A stretch of 64,000 nucleotides of DNA from Selaginella moellendorffii. Taxonomy: Eukaryota > Plantae > Lycopodiophyta. Positions 11,809-23,111 of the stretch are shown here, one piece after another (positions within the stretch are counted from its first letter, which is position 1; each line of letters starts with the position of its first letter). A program made the translations under genes and the position numbers. Location: contig NW_003314373.1 of assembly GCF_000143415.4 (NCBI RefSeq), positions 310,001 through 374,000 on the forward strand, read 5' to 3'. The notes below the pieces were generated by a model. The model was not told where the DNA came from. It made no database searches and saw only the letters and a program-made list of their open reading frames with translations.

Positions 11809-12718
11809 CTATCGTTTGTCTTCACTAGGAGCTGATTCGTCCTCCTCGTCGGTGCCTTTCTCTGGTGCCGCTGGCGGAGGATTAACCAAGAGTTGAAGAC
11901 CATAGAGCGCCAATCCAATGGCGTCGGCAGCGAACACAAAGGTAGCGAGGTAACATATCCCACTTATAATAGTTCTGCATGAGAGGAGAAAAAAAGAAAG
12001 AACAGTTTCGAGAGTTAGAGACAAGGAAGACCTCAGGTGCGAAAGAGTACCTCACAGTCACCGCAATGTTCCTTGTCTGTGGTGATCAAGGCACAAGCAT
12101 GTCAGCGGCAGAAACTTGCATCAAAGTTTTCACTTACAGCATATTCTGTTGGAAGTGGCTTTGAAGCGAAGGAGCCGGTCACTGCCGTGGTGCACTGGTA
12201 GAGCACAAAAGCTATTGCGCCGGCCAAGAGAGCTCCATACAGGGTCTGCTCAAACGATGGTGGTGGCTTCTCCACTACCTGGTTGGCGAGGCTAGCGAGC
12301 GCATTCTGCTTGGCCTGTTCCTTCAAAGGTTTCTGGAAAAAAAGAGTTTTTCTTCTAAAGTTTGCTGTGAAGAACAGTGTAGGAGAAGAACCTTCTCTTT
12401 GGCTTCTTTGTATCGTCGTCTCAACGAGCGGAGGAGAAGAACCGAGATGGCACCAGTGAGAACGACGCTACCTGCGATTTGGAGTGGCGAGGTGGGCTGC
12501 TCCAAATCGCCGGGGAGCTCAATTGGGCCGTCGAGAGAAGACGAGGCATCAGCGATGGCCTGCTCGGCAACTTGAGCTATTTGCTGGTGGAGTCTCAATG
12601 CCCGAAGAACTCCTCCTCTCTTGCTCCTCGTCAAGCTTGCCGAGAAAAAACGAGAATCTGGAGCGAATGCAAAAGACCCACCACAGTGTAGGAGCAATCC
12701 CAAGCTCCCACTGCTCAT
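11809..12718 (-). CDS. DUF3082-family (plastid/cyanobacterial-type) membrane protein, multi-exon
   Basis: PPPSFEQTLYGALLAGAIAFVLY...RNIAVTVRTIISGICYLATFVFAADAIGLALYGLQL; transit-peptide-like N-terminus. Confidence 0.75.
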
Positions 12719-12788
12719 TTTCTATCTAGGTAAGAAGTCTTTGATATTGATTAGATAGAACTTTAAACATTAGATAGAAAACGAACTT

Positions 12789-15700
12789 CTACGAGGTAAT
12801 CTTAAGATCATTGTCTAGCAAGTTTTCCAAGTACTTAACTTCGAGGCTGGCATGGGCTTCCCACTGTTCCTTCCTGATATCACAAACAACACGAAGCAGT
12901 CGAGGATTTCCCTTCACCTGGTCTGGATCCAAGTCAGTGCCACAAATCCTGGCTCGCTTGCGAGGGGGACACGACGTGATCATATCATCCATTCCATATC
13001 TCACACCTCTGCGCAAGTGATCTCTCCTTGCTTCCACCAGATATCTGAGAGCCTCGGTCGCCGCCAGAACACCAAAGCTCACCACTCTTTGCACCAATCC
13101 GCACTCCTTGTAGAGTAGCTTCCATGTTAAGTGGATCCGAACGACGAGCTGGTCAACCATGGCTGCGATCATTCCCTCATGTCCAAACCACAGCACTGCC
13201 TCCACAAACTCTTGGACCTTTTCGCTCATGCCTTGCAACTTGGGCTTCTTGCTGCCGTTGTACTCGACCAAGGCCTTGTCCTCCTCTCCATCAAACACTT
13301 GTTTGATTTCGAGAACGCGTAAACATAGGTCCTTGAACAGCCTTGCCATATTTTTGTTCGTCTCCTTCAAGCCTATGAAACCGGCCGCGTCTTTCATCCC
13401 TGCTATCACCGCGACTAGTTCCACATGTTTCCGATCCCGGGCGCAGCAGTCGAATGCCACTTCATATGACACAAGCTCCCTTGACAAGAGGAATGCTGCC
13501 AGAAAAGGTTCCCCTTGGATATTTCTCGGATCGATGTAATTAGGCAAAAGACTCTGGAGCTTGGATGCAAAAGCTGTTGCCAAGTCGTGGGAGCCGTATC
13601 CTGCCACCTTAAGAATCATCCGTGCCACAGGATCCAGATTATAGGCTCCACTACCGTAACTGTTATAATTGGAAGCCTTTTCCATGGATCCGATGCGAAG
13701 TTCCACAGCTTCGCGATACTCTTCTCGATGCGCAGCCACTGCAATCTTCTCGATTGGCATGTCTTTCAGGATTTCTGTCACCTCGTCCTTAAGCCCATAG
13801 CTCAAGCAAAACTCCAAAATCTTAACATCATAGGGCACATGCCGCGCCAACAACTTTGCAAGCTCTAGTGCATCATCCTCACGTCCAACTGACTTGAGCT
13901 CCATAACCAGATCCATAGATCTCCCTGATTCACCTCGAAATGAGATCATGCACTTTTTGACATCGTCCCATGGCAACTTAGACATCGGTGTCCAAAACAA
14001 TGGATCATAATTTCCCCAAGCCTTTACAAGCATCACAGCATCTTCCTCGAGCCCAGACTTACAGCACAAGTCTAAAACCTGAGCCCAAACCTCAACCTCG
14101 ACACCGCTGTTACAATTTTGGCCTTGCAAGACACACACCAGGTTGTGCACATCCCTCTTGGCCTCGGTCGAGTCGAGGCGAGCCAAGTGTTTTTCCAGCA
14201 CTCGTGCGATGAGCGACCTCAAGTTTTTCTTCAAAGAGCTCCACTTATGCTTGAAAACCTGCAATTTCCTGCTTGCAGGCCAGACCACCAGCGCTGCAAC
14301 ATGAAAGACGTCAACCTCATCGTCGACAACGCTGCTGCTCATGAATGGCTCGTTCTTATCGCCGCTACATGACCGGAGCACGTCTATATCCAAGACGTTC
14401 CACCTCCCATAGTCAATTCGGAGGTCATCTGTCGCTGAAACCCAATTTTCAACCCAGTAATTCTCTATCTCCTGCTTTACTCGTTTCGTGAGCGTGCAGA
14501 GATGGAGCTCCAGAAAGTCGCAGTTCATAACGAGTGCAGTCACCACACGGTCGTGCCCCTTGAGACCATGAAAGCTCATGGACGAATATGAGTGGCCCAG
14601 TGGAACCACCATCAAATCCCTTGCACTCGGTGAACTAGTGGCGGCCCAGCGCTGGAGTAGCGACTTGACACGCCCTGATGTGGAGGCGAAGAATGGGAAG
14701 TTGTCCACGGAAAGAAAGTTTGCCTTCTTGGCCAGCAATCTAAAAACCAAGCACACCCTTGATCCCTTGGTCACCTCAGCGAGTTTGTTCCTACAACCGC
14801 GGAAAAAGATGGCATGGTAGCAATCTGTCCTGGAATGGAAGTTGAATTCCTTGGATGAATCCTCATGCGAGATGGTGAGCTTTCCACCTGAGTGGCCAGA
14901 TTGGGTGGGGAGCTGGATGATCATGGTCGCTAAGCAAGAACCCTTCATCACAAACATTAGAGGCTCACTACCTGATTCCATGAGAAACATCTCCGAGAGC
15001 TCCACTTCCACCTCCATGCCGAGCTGAAGAGCCTGGGCAGCAATGTCGTGGGCGGCCTTTTCCAGGAAATCCGGATTCTCAGGGCACGAGATCTTGGAGG
15101 CACTCACTCTCCATATCTGGAACCTATAGCGCTCAGCGGCTGCCTTGATCTTGTCCAGATCTTGCTGTGGCAAAGGAACATCGACCCTCCCGACGCCTTC
15201 CACTGAAAGAGAGGCTGGAATCGTTGCTTCATCGATCTGGCCTCCAGTTGCGAACGCGATCGTGGGCTCCCCACCACGCCAAAGCGCCTGAAGAAGATCG
15301 TCCTTGAGCATCCCCATAAACAAACCCTTTTTGCCACCTTCGTCAGGATATTCTAATATATATTTGTACTTATTAGAATATCCTGATTGATATTCTAAAT
15401 CAAGCTTCATCTTGATTTAGGAAAAGAGGGAGCCAAAAGCCGCGTACCTTTGAACATGGACAGGATTTCCCTCCGCTTGGGCTTTTTCAGCGGCGGAGTT
15501 GTCACGCCCAAATGCTGCTGCTGCTGCTGATCCCAAGTGCTCCTCCGGCGATGATCCTCACCACCATCATCATCAGCCTCGCGTTTGACAGCACCATTCG
15601 CAAAATTCCCATCACCATCAACTTCAGTCTTCACTTTGGCTTCGATCACCTCCTGCTTCACGCGAGCTCTTGAGCAACGATCTGCGAAAGGCTGGAAACC

Positions 15701-16666
15701 GAGAGATCCATCGGCCGCCACCTTGACCTCGAACACACTTCGTTTCGCCCCTGGGCCAGGAACACCACACGGCTGGAAGGCGATAGAACCATTTGCTCCC
15801 ACCACCACCTCGAAGATACCGGAAACTGGCTTTGCCGCATTCTTGGTCCGACCATTTGTAACATTTGGCTTCACGTCGTGATCATCGACTTCTTGCTTGA
15901 TCACGTCTTCTTGTTCTTCATCATCACCCATCTCTTCCTCGCCATACTGTTCTCCATATCCACGATGGCCATAGAAGTAGGCGAAGCTTTCATAAAAGCA
16001 CGGGCGGGAGCGCTTCTCTCGCAGCCGCTGGAGCGAATCATCAAACAGCTGGTTGTAATCCATCATCTTGGCAGCCTGTGGCGATGATCCATGAGAAAGC
16101 ACCACATTGTCCACACATCCCAGGCGGATCTCCTCGCCCTTGGTCCGCTGATCCGGCAAGAGCTCCCCCACCTCCACATTCCTGTAGCAAGCCCACGATT
16201 TGACGCTCATGAGCCTCTCCATCACCACCACCTTCTCTGGAAATCCCCCTGCGCAGTAGAGCTCGCGCACGATCCAGCTCTGCTCCTCGCGACTGATCCG
16301 CGAGACCTTGTCCAGCGGCAGCCGGAAGTGGACGATGAGCCGCTGCATGGCCTCGAGATTGCAGTCGTTGTAGCGCTCGTACTCCGCGATCGCGGCCCGG
16401 CACTGCGACTCCGTGAGGGATTCGTGGCCCTCGCGATCGATGGCACCCACGATCAGCAGCATCTGCTTGGAGTAGCCCCAGGGCAGCGAGCCAGACGTCC
16501 AAGAACCAACACTGCCGCCCAATCTATCGGAGATTGCGGCATTGAGCTCCGCCCGGGAGGAGAATCCATCCCACCAGAGCTCCGGCATCACGCCATGGAA
16601 TCCAGCGTACCAGGCCTGCTTGCGAGTGGGGAAGAATCGCGCGTCCACCATCGCTGCTTGTATCAA
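12789..16666 (-). CDS. Large protein with an unknown N-terminal domain, an acidic linker, a microbial/fungal-type 2OG-Fe(II) oxygenase-like domain (probably inactive) and a helical C-terminus; two ORFs probably joined by an intron (15383-15447)
   Basis: The 873-aa ORF carries LSVEGVGRVDVPL, LATMIIQLPTQSGHSGGKLTISH, AIFFRGCRNKLAEVTKGSRVCLVFRL and VPLGHSYSSMSFHGLKGHD. Donor AAG|GTACGC at 15447 and acceptor TCAG at 15383 are both phase 1 and splice the 419-aa ORF in frame onto it. Confidence 0.65.
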
Positions 16667-17361
16667 GCCCTAGGCGCGCATTTTGTAACAGCTGTTTTTA
16701 TATCTTGAACACGTGGATTGATGACGTGGCGAATCCAAGGGTCGCGGCTTTAAACTCTTTGACTGTCGATCTCTTTCTCTTTAGGCGCGAAAAGGGAGAG
16801 AGCGAGAGAGAGAAGCGATGGTGCGACCTGCTAGGCCAGCTTCTACCAATGCTCCATCTCTCATGAGGCGGCGGAGGAGGCGCCGAGGAAGAAAAGTAGG
16901 ATCATCCACTCCAATTCCTTGAACTCTTCTCGATTGATTGGATTGAAATCGCCAAACGACCATGACACTCTTGGAACTTGGGAAATTGCAGAGACGCAGA
17001 AGAGGACACAAGAAGAGATCGGCCTCCACGAGCGCTGGAACGAGGACCCAGCAGGGATAGATCAAGATCGATCGATCAAAAACTCCACCCACACATTGAC
17101 AGAGCCATGATCTCTCGATAAGTCGGTCACACATGAATAAAAAAACGCTCCTCCTTCCTCTTTAAAGACGATCTCCTCGAGTTTTCCAAATGAGATGACT
17201 TGAGCGCTTAGCGCTGCATTCTAGAAATCTAAAGTTTTGAGACGAGCGAAGAATGGAAAGTGGCGACGTTGTGCTCTCGTGATCTTCCCTGGCAAATCTC
17301 TATCTGGTTCTTTAATCTTTGATTCCAGAAACTCAGAAAAAAGGTTGGAGATGATAGATAG

Positions 17362-19209
17362 ATGCAACAAAGATGGAAACTGGCGGCTCTAATAAGAAGT
17401 TGTGGCACTGTTCGTGAGCTTTTGGACATCAAACAACGCCTTCTGTTAGACGCCACTGACACTTTTCTCTCGAATTTAATCGTTTCGACGTTTGGAAGGC
17501 TGGGACACATCCAAGATGCAAAGAGGTTTTTCGATTCGATGCCCCACAAGAACGCCTTTTCGTGGAACATTCTTCTTCAAGAAAATGCCCGAAATTGGCA
17601 TTTTGATGAAGCACAGTTTACTTTCAACAAGATGCCCTTCAAGGACGTCGTTTCGTCCACGATTGTATTGAAAATGCTTTGCCAGATCGCAGGCTTGGGG
17701 GAAGGTAAGAAGTTCTTTGAATCACTTCCACAAAGGAATGCCTTTTGCTGGAACGTTATAGTTGCAGCAAGTGCCCAAATCTCGGATTTCGGTAGCGCTG
17801 TCAAGCTTTTGCAAAAGATGCCTGCGTTAAGTCTTGAGTCTTGCACTGCTGTTATCCAAGCGTTCCTCACGTCAAACGAGAGTTCTTTGTACGAACAAGC
17901 CAAGTCACTGTTTGATGAAATGCCAGAGAGAGATGTGGTGCTCTGGACCGCCATGGTTCAAGGATATGCCCAAGGCGGGCATATCGCAAGAGCTCAAACA
18001 CTATTTCACAAAATGCCATGCCACGACGTGATGGTCTACTCCGCACTCCTAGAGCTGTGCTCCACCCTGGAAGAACTCAAACGCTTGTTTGATGCAATGC
18101 CCGAGAAGAACTTCGTCGCCTGGACGTGTCTTCTGCAAGCGTCTGCTCATCACAAACACGTAAGAGAAGCAAAGCTTGTGTTTGATCTGTTTCCATGCCA
18201 CGACGTGGTTTCCTGCACTGTTCTTCTCGAGGCCAGCATTCTCTCGGACAGAATCCAAGAAGCAAAATCACTCTTTGATGCAATGCCACGGAGAAACAGC
18301 GTGTGCTGGAACGCCCTCTCGTCAAGCTATGCCCAAGCCGGGCATATGGCAGCCGCCATAGAAGTGCTAAGAAAGATGCCAGAGTCGACAGCGGCCTCCT
18401 TCGCAGCCATGATCACTGGATTCGGAGTCGCTGGTTGCATCGGCGAGGCGAAATCCATCTTCGACATCTCCCCGGAAAGAATGCAATCGTCTTGGAACGC
18501 TCTGATGCAGTGCTGCAGGAGCAAGGGAGTCGAAACTCTCGAGACCATCTTCCACAGGATGCCGTGCTGGGACCTCTTCGGCAAGAACATCTTGCTGCTG
18601 GGATTTGCACAGAGTGGGCATATCAAAGCGGCCTCCGAGCTCTTCCACTCCATTCCCGACAAGGACACCGCCTCCTGGAACTCGATGCTCGCAGCTCACG
18701 CTTTGCATGGAGATCTCGAGTCGGCAGCATCCACTTTCGCAACTCTCGCTCGCCCGGACTTGCTGTCGTGGAACTCAATGCTCGCAGCTTATGCTCGGAG
18801 TGGAGACTGCCGAGCAGCGATCCATCTCCTCCAAAGAATGGTTCTGGAGGGTGACACGCCTGATGAAATCTCCTTCCTCAACGTCCTTTCCGGAGTCACT
18901 CACAGAGGCCTTGTCGACCAAGGCCTCCTGCATTTCCAGTCGATGAGGAGTGACTTTTGCCTGGAACCGAAAGTGGAGCACTACACCTGCGTCCTCAATC
19001 TCCTCTCTTGCTGCGCGAGTCGAGAAGATCTGGAAGTTTTGATCGACACCATGCCTTGCCTTCCTGGAAGTTTTTCCTGGAGATCTCTCCTGTCCGCTTG
19101 CCAGAGCTTCCAGACCGGCGATCAAGCGGCAGCACGGCTCCTGGAGATGGATTCCAACAATGCCGCAACTCTCGTGATGCTGTCCAACATGCTCAAACTT
19201 CCGGCTTGA
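17362..19209 (+). CDS. PLS-class PPR protein dominated by short (SS-type) repeats, with truncated E domain
   Basis: 615-aa intronless ORF with a 31-aa periodicity (A..LFD.MP..D.V.W) ending in PDEISFLNVLSGVTHRG..EHYTCVLNLL. Confidence 0.92.
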   Translation: MQQRWKLAALIRSCGTVRELLDIKQRLLLDATDTFLSNLIVSTFGRLGHIQDAKRFFDSMPHKNAFSWNILLQENARNWHFDEAQFTFNKMPFKDVVSSTIVLKMLCQIAGLGEGKKFFESLPQRNAFCWNVIVAASAQISDFGSAVKLLQKMPALSLESCTAVIQAFLTSNESSLYEQAKSLFDEMPERDVVLWTAMVQGYAQGGHIARAQTLFHKMPCHDVMVYSALLELCSTLEELKRLFDAMPEKNFVAWTCLLQASAHHKHVREAKLVFDLFPCHDVVSCTVLLEASILSDRIQEAKSLFDAMPRRNSVCWNALSSSYAQAGHMAAAIEVLRKMPESTAASFAAMITGFGVAGCIGEAKSIFDISPERMQSSWNALMQCCRSKGVETLETIFHRMPCWDLFGKNILLLGFAQSGHIKAASELFHSIPDKDTASWNSMLAAHALHGDLESAASTFATLARPDLLSWNSMLAAYARSGDCRAAIHLLQRMVLEGDTPDEISFLNVLSGVTHRGLVDQGLLHFQSMRSDFCLEPKVEHYTCVLNLLSCCASREDLEVLIDTMPCLPGSFSWRSLLSACQSFQTGDQAAARLLEMDSNNAATLVMLSNMLKLPA

Positions 19210-21433
19210 TGATCGTAGATCTCTTCCTGAGAGCTCGGGCTTTGGAGGACCTCGAGTACCCGAGCTCAGCATGGATGTTTGACAGCAGCACGTATGAAGA
19301 GGTGTCGAATGGAGCCAGCTGCGTAACTTGCTCAGCGGCCACTCCTCCAAGCTCGGTGTCACAGTGGATCTTGCAAGCGCTCAGCAGAGCTCTCCACACG
19401 ACGTCGTCCACTTCCAAGCTCTTGACAAGGATAAGCTCCTCGGCCTCCTTGAGCCACCCCGCTCGACCGAGAAGATCGACCACACACGCGTAGTGTTCTG
19501 CTGTTGGAGTGAGCCCGTAGTCCAGTTTCATCGACCAGAGGTGCCTTTGTCCGACTTCCATCCGTCCCGCATGGCTGCAAGCAGCCAGGACGCACGTAAA
19601 CGTCACCAGGCTCGGCTTCGTCCCGTCCAAAACCATCTCCGTGTAGAGGTCGAGAGCTTCCAGCGGACGAGCGTTTCTCGCATAAGCAGCAACCATCGTT
19701 GTCCAAGTTATCACGTTCCTCGTCTTCATCTTGTCAAAGATGGCCTTTGCAGCGTCCACGCTTCCACACTTCCCATACATGTTCATCAGCGAGTTCTCGA
19801 CGAGGAACGCCGAACCGAGTCCCTTGTCGACAATCCGCTCGTGGAACTTCCTGGCATCCTGGAGCGATTTCACCTCGCCATAGGCCCCGGCAACCATAGC
19901 CAGAGTTATCGGAACCGGAGCCACACCCTGCCTCTCCATCTCCTCGTAAGTTCCAATCACCTCGAGAGGACACCCGTGCTGTGCACAGGCCGAGATCATT
20001 GCTGTCCAAGTGATGAAGTTCTTCTCTGGCATGGTATCGAACATCTCCTTTGCATCCTCGAGACGGCCACAGTTGGAGTACATGGTGACAAGCGCATTGT
20101 CCGTAGCCAGTGTGTGAGAGCCTGTTGTTGTGATATGAGCGTGGATCTCTCTGGCCTCCTTGAGACTGCAACAAGCTGTGACGATCGTCGGAAACAGCAT
20201 AAAGTCGGGATCCACACCCTGTCTCTTCATCTCTCGATACAAATCCATAGCTTGCCGGTCGAAGCCTCTCCGAGCGTAGGCTGTGAGCATGGTCGTCCAA
20301 GAGCTCATGTTCTTGTGCTCAGTTCCATCAAAAACCCGCCTCGCAACCTCCAAGTTTTCACAGTTGGCGTACATTGCCACCAGTCCGTTCCTCACCCCGA
20401 CGTGATTGCCAAAACCAGTTGCTATGGCGCGAAAGTTAAACCATCGGCACTCCTCCTGGCTCTCACAGGCCCCGAAAACGCTGGTAAAAGTCACCCAGTC
20501 CTGGACGATTCCATTCAAGTCCATCGTCCAGAAAAGCCTCATAGCCTGCCTCGTATACCCGTTCTGGACATAAGCTCCGATCATCGTGTTCCACGAAACG
20601 ACGTCCCTCTCCAGACTCTTCTCGAAACAGTCCTCCGCAAGCTCTACACTTCCACACTTGGCGTACATGTAAACCAGGGCGTTCTGGACCTTCATGTCCG
20701 AGTCCCATCCACCGTCAACTATCCTCCTGTGGATCTTCTTCCCAGTCTCCAAATCGCAGCAAGCACCGAGAACGCAGGCAAACGTTGTCGTCGTTGGTTC
20801 AACGTCCATTGCTTCGTATAGCTCAACAGCCTCTCCGAGATGCCCACTCTGGGTATAAGCCGAGATGATAGAGTTCCAGGAAACCACGTCCTTCTGGGCC
20901 ATACTATCAAACACTTTCCTTGCATCCTCGAGACTCTGGCACTTGGAGTACATGTTCACCAGCGCGTTCTGGACGACCCGGCTCATCTGTGAATCAGTTG
21001 CCAGGATCTTCTGGTGAATGGCTTTTCCTTCTGGCAAAGCTCCCGGACCACAGCAAGCTCCGAGAATCCGAGAGTAGGTATGTGAGTCGGGATCTTCCAT
21101 CGAGTGAAACAAACTCAAGGCCTTGCTGTGATAACCGTGCTGGATGAACGCACTGATCATGAAGTTGAATGTGATGGGCCGTTTGCACGGCATCCTCTCG
21201 AAGATCTGACGAGCGTCTTCCAGGCTGCCGCAGCTGCTATACATCTTGATAAGCTGGTCACCCAAAAGAGCGTTGCTGCCAAACCCAGCCTCTACAAGAT
21301 GAGCGTGGACGAGCTTTCCATGGGCCAAACTCTTGGAGCTGACACACTGCTGCAGTAGAGAGACGTAGCCGCTGACTCGGTTGATGCGTTGCTTTAAGGC
21401 GTCTTCGATTTCTCTCAACGCTGGCTTGATCAT
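19193..21433 (-). CDS. PLS-class PPR protein with E domain (no DYW)
   Basis: 746-aa intronless ORF with NALVNMYSKC, DVVSWNSIISAY, TFTCVLAACSHAG, EHYACVVDLLGRAGWLKEAE and SYVLLSNI. Confidence 0.95.
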   Translation of the reverse strand: MIKPALREIEDALKQRINRVSGYVSLLQQCVSSKSLAHGKLVHAHLVEAGFGSNALLGDQLIKMYSSCGSLEDARQIFERMPCKRPITFNFMISAFIQHGYHSKALSLFHSMEDPDSHTYSRILGACCGPGALPEGKAIHQKILATDSQMSRVVQNALVNMYSKCQSLEDARKVFDSMAQKDVVSWNSIISAYTQSGHLGEAVELYEAMDVEPTTTTFACVLGACCDLETGKKIHRRIVDGGWDSDMKVQNALVYMYAKCGSVELAEDCFEKSLERDVVSWNTMIGAYVQNGYTRQAMRLFWTMDLNGIVQDWVTFTSVFGACESQEECRWFNFRAIATGFGNHVGVRNGLVAMYANCENLEVARRVFDGTEHKNMSSWTTMLTAYARRGFDRQAMDLYREMKRQGVDPDFMLFPTIVTACCSLKEAREIHAHITTTGSHTLATDNALVTMYSNCGRLEDAKEMFDTMPEKNFITWTAMISACAQHGCPLEVIGTYEEMERQGVAPVPITLAMVAGAYGEVKSLQDARKFHERIVDKGLGSAFLVENSLMNMYGKCGSVDAAKAIFDKMKTRNVITWTTMVAAYARNARPLEALDLYTEMVLDGTKPSLVTFTCVLAACSHAGRMEVGQRHLWSMKLDYGLTPTAEHYACVVDLLGRAGWLKEAEELILVKSLEVDDVVWRALLSACKIHCDTELGGVAAEQVTQLAPFDTSSYVLLSNIHAELGYSRSSKARALRKRSTIIKPEV

Positions 21434-21516
21434 ATCATCCTGATAAAAGATGCCATCAACTCAGTCATGGTATAGTACCTTTGTGAAAAAACCTGTGTTG
21501 TCTTCCTGTCTGTTTC

Positions 21517-22636
21517 TCAAAACAGGTTGATGCCAAAAATCTCTCCAGCCAAAATCGAGAGCCCAACTGCGATAGCTATCAGCGACGAGCCCAGTGACAG
21601 TCTCTGAGTTATCCACGGGACCCTCTTCTGCAAGGCCTCGCTACACGAACCAACGAAAGCGGTGTAGCTAGCCATCGCCACCACCGTCCCCAGCAAGAAC
21701 ATGAAAAGAAAAGCCACACCTGCTAGTCGAGAAGGCAATGCCAGCGCTGGAAGAATGACGAGCAAAGCGTCCGGCTGGAGGCCATGGACTACTCCCGTCC
21801 CAAAAGTTGCAAATCCAAAAGGCTTTTTCCGCTCCTGAACTCCGCCACTGTCTTCGTAGTCTGCTTCACAGCCCTCCCCTGCGAGGCAAGGGATCGGAAC
21901 TTCCTGTGCCTCTTTAATTCCCACCGCGCCGATTACGAGAAGAGTGACACCGACAACTCGAGCGCTCCATGTTCTCAAGAGGTCAATCTGTAGCTTCTCT
22001 TTGAGCACCAGGAACAGCAACCCGAAGAGGATCTGGCCAGCGTCATGACCGCAACCCCACAGCGCTCCCACAAAAGCACCTTCCATCTTCGTGCGACCGA
22101 TTGAGAGAGGTGCCAAAGCAGCAAGGTGGTCGGGTCCTGTGAGAGTGTGTAGACATCCGGCCATGAGTCCCGTCCATGCGCTCGTAAGAAGCTCGGGAAC
22201 ACGAAGTCCTTTGGCTGTAGAGCTAGCAGCGGAGAGTGTGATGGTGGAAGCTAGCGCAGGGGCAGCTCTCAAAAGGATGACTGGCAAAACAACCGGAAGA
22301 ACCTTCGTGATCTACCAAGGCAAAGAGAACGAAATCAAAACAAAATATATCCATCGTACTACATGATCTTACCAGCTTTAAGACGCAAAATTTCTGGTCG
22401 ATGTGCTCGTTCTTACAGTGATTGTTGCTGACTTGTCCAGGAAGAACAGCTCTTGCAGCATGCCGACTCACCGACCATGGCGAAAGTTTTGGCCGTAGCC
22501 TCAGTGCCTCCAAAGATCGAGGAAAACGCCTTTGAGTTCTAGAAATTCGCTGAGACAAGACTGGAAAAGCCCTGATGTGTTCTCCAGGGAGAAAAGTACG
22601 AGGATCGCTGAGACAAGGCCGACAAATCTGTGCCAT
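21517..22636 (-). CDS. Chloroplast NiCo/UreH-type high-affinity nickel-transporter-family protein (CGF1/CGF2-like); one intron 22312-22372
   Basis: GCLHTLTGPDHLAALAPLS, GALWGCGHDAGQ and GVVHGLQPDAL motifs; a phase-0 intron links the transit-peptide exon to the transmembrane ORF. Confidence 0.85.
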
Positions 22637-23111
22637 ACTTGAGAGAAATCTGGCGCTGAGGAAGCAGCTGGTAGCGAACCTAGGAAATCCTCACCTGGGG
22701 ACCTCAAAAAGCTCAGATTCAGATCGAAATTCCCTGGAACGAAGCAATGTGAGCATGAAATCCGAGCGCGATGCGCAAAAAAAGGAGAAAAAATACCTTG
22801 ACGCTACGGGGAGCATTCCAAGCTAGCGATGAACCCTAAAAACAACCACTACTAACACACGCGTGAAGGAGAGAAGAGGAGGTCAAATTGTTCCTCCTCT
22901 CGCAAAAAGCGCATCAAAACCGTTCTTCAGAAAAACGTGGCAGCACATCGTGCCGTCCACGTGGGATGCACTTTACGATAGGGGTCATGGATCGCGCAAC
23001 CGTCGATCCAGATACGTTACGGTGCCAACGGTGTGGATAAATTAGTATAAGTATATGTACATCAATCGGAGCCGTCCGATTTCATAGTGCTAACTGGACG
23101 GCTCAGATGCG

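Noticed and set aside
15407-15410. ATGA overlap read as a bacterial operon or contamination
   Set aside because: In-frame splice sites explain the overlap, and the flanks are intron-containing plant genes
16781-17134. Short ORFs between the oxygenase-like gene and the PPR gene
   Set aside because: No motifs; probably promoter or UTR sequence, though a small exon cannot be excluded
19328-20821. 497-aa ORF antisense to a PPR gene (and similar long antisense ORFs over other GC-rich genes)
   Set aside because: Shadow frame produced by codon bias on the coding strand; no recognisable motifs
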